Source: Mytilus edulis (lineage: Eukaryota). Taken from it: a DNA stretch of 64,000 bases. The position numbers were made by a program, and so were the translations under genes. Under the pieces are notes generated by a model that ran no database searches, had not been told where the DNA came from, and was given only the letters and a program-made list of their open reading frames with translations. Each line of letters starts with the position of its first letter. The first letter of the stretch is position 1. The DNA lies in NCBI RefSeq assembly GCF_963676685.1, contig NC_092344.1, positions 44,206,001 to 44,270,000 on the forward strand. Reading direction: 5' to 3'. Of this stretch, positions 62,888 through 64,000 are shown piece after piece.

Positions 62888-63062
62888 ATGATAAATAATA
62901 CCAATATGAGCATCAACCCAAACCACACTGTTCTGGCTGGAGAAGAACCAGTGAATCCTGGCAATGGGTTCCACTATCACTGCTCCACAGGAGATCTAAT
63001 GGGTCCACTAGGACTACTGGTGCAAGGACTGTTAGCCTTTCTTGCCTTTTCATCATTAATAG
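62888..63062 (+). CDS. STIMATE: STIMATE/TMEM110 first coding exon (gene continues beyond the window)
   Basis: ...HCSTGDLMGPLGLLVQGLLAFLAFSSLI|GT resembles the TMEM110 N-terminus (C..G.LM..FG..LQGLL...AFS.L). Start could be 62888 or 62906. ETS-like TTCCGGAA at ~62577. Confidence 0.8.
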
Positions 63063-64000
63063 GTACATATTGTAATATGAGGAAGGCGCTACCTTAAATG
63101 CCAGCTTTATACTAAGACAATGTCCTATGTTTTGATTAGTTGTTGGTTGTTTAACGTCCAGTGGCAAATATTTCATGCATGTTCAGAACAAATGTCCTAG
63201 GTTACATGTCTAAAATGAAATTATAAGTTCAGATAGAAAATGTTTAGGGAACGAACATTGAACTTGAAAAGGCATGAGGGGTTATGGTATTTTTCCTGAA
63301 AAAATATTCTGGTTCATAAATTGATGAATAAAAAATCTGTTCAAGCATAGGACAAAAAAAATGTTTTTAATCCAGATCTTCACCAAAAATGATTTTATCT
63401 TTCAGATATATATGCAAATTAAATTTAACTTATATATATATATCTTAAAACATAAAAACTTCCCAAACTTCCCAAACCGCACATGTAAGTCTGTACACAG
63501 TAGTTTTTTAGGTGATAATAAAGGCCATATAATAATTAGGCCGTATTTGCCAATTTGTTATGATAAACATTAATACTAGTGTTAAATTTTGACCAAATAA
63601 TTTTAGTTGAAGGGCTTCGTTAAAAAAAATCTGACTCAAATAAAAAACAATTGTGTTTCTGATCATCTTCAGTTTGTGAGTTGTACATGTTCTACATCAA
63701 CTTCTTGTACTAATTCAGAGTCAGCTTTATGTCTTTTTTTGCAAATATTTTTTGTATAACATGCACATGATGTAGCTTACTTTTCAAGTTTTTATATGAC
63801 AGCAAAATAAAATTGAGAATGGAAATCGGAAATATAAGCATGTAAAAAATTTGCTGAATGATGTCATAGTTGTTTTCAAGTAGACACATTGGTTTCAAGA
63901 CAATAACTTGAGTATAAGTGAATGGATCTCTATGAAATTTTACTAGAAGATTCAATACACAAAAGGAAGATTATAATTGATTTTGGGGTTATAGTACATC

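Overview
AT-rich animal genomic DNA. The repeat content and gene structure suggest a bivalve mollusc (inference). From left to right the window holds: (1) the last four coding exons of DNAJC2/MPP11 (+); (2) a ~21.5 kb head-to-tail array of a 1867/1868-bp unit (3994-25540) carrying ten intact copies plus one broken copy of an intronless 245-aa CAMK-group (TSSK/AMPK-like) kinase gene on the minus strand; (3) a complete 15-coding-exon SFMBT gene (-, ~1230 aa; 4 MBT + SLED + SAM); (4) the first coding exon of STIMATE/TMEM110 (+). Helentron-type non-autonomous elements, MITEs, SINE fragments and a LINE relic fill the gaps. The kinase unit is the best candidate for an undescribed system. It reads as a self-contained cassette: TATA box, 11-bp hairpin, kinase ORF, 28-bp stem-loop and U-tract with no AATAAA. 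It carries ~10 copies of a GTTTACCGTAAC motif. Both ends of the array fall on the same TATCGG hexamer, which sits between inverted 9-bp arms. The kinase lacks the Gly-rich loop, has HND instead of HRD, and has Glu at the activation-loop phospho-Thr position. All coordinates and counts were read by eye; no database searches were run.
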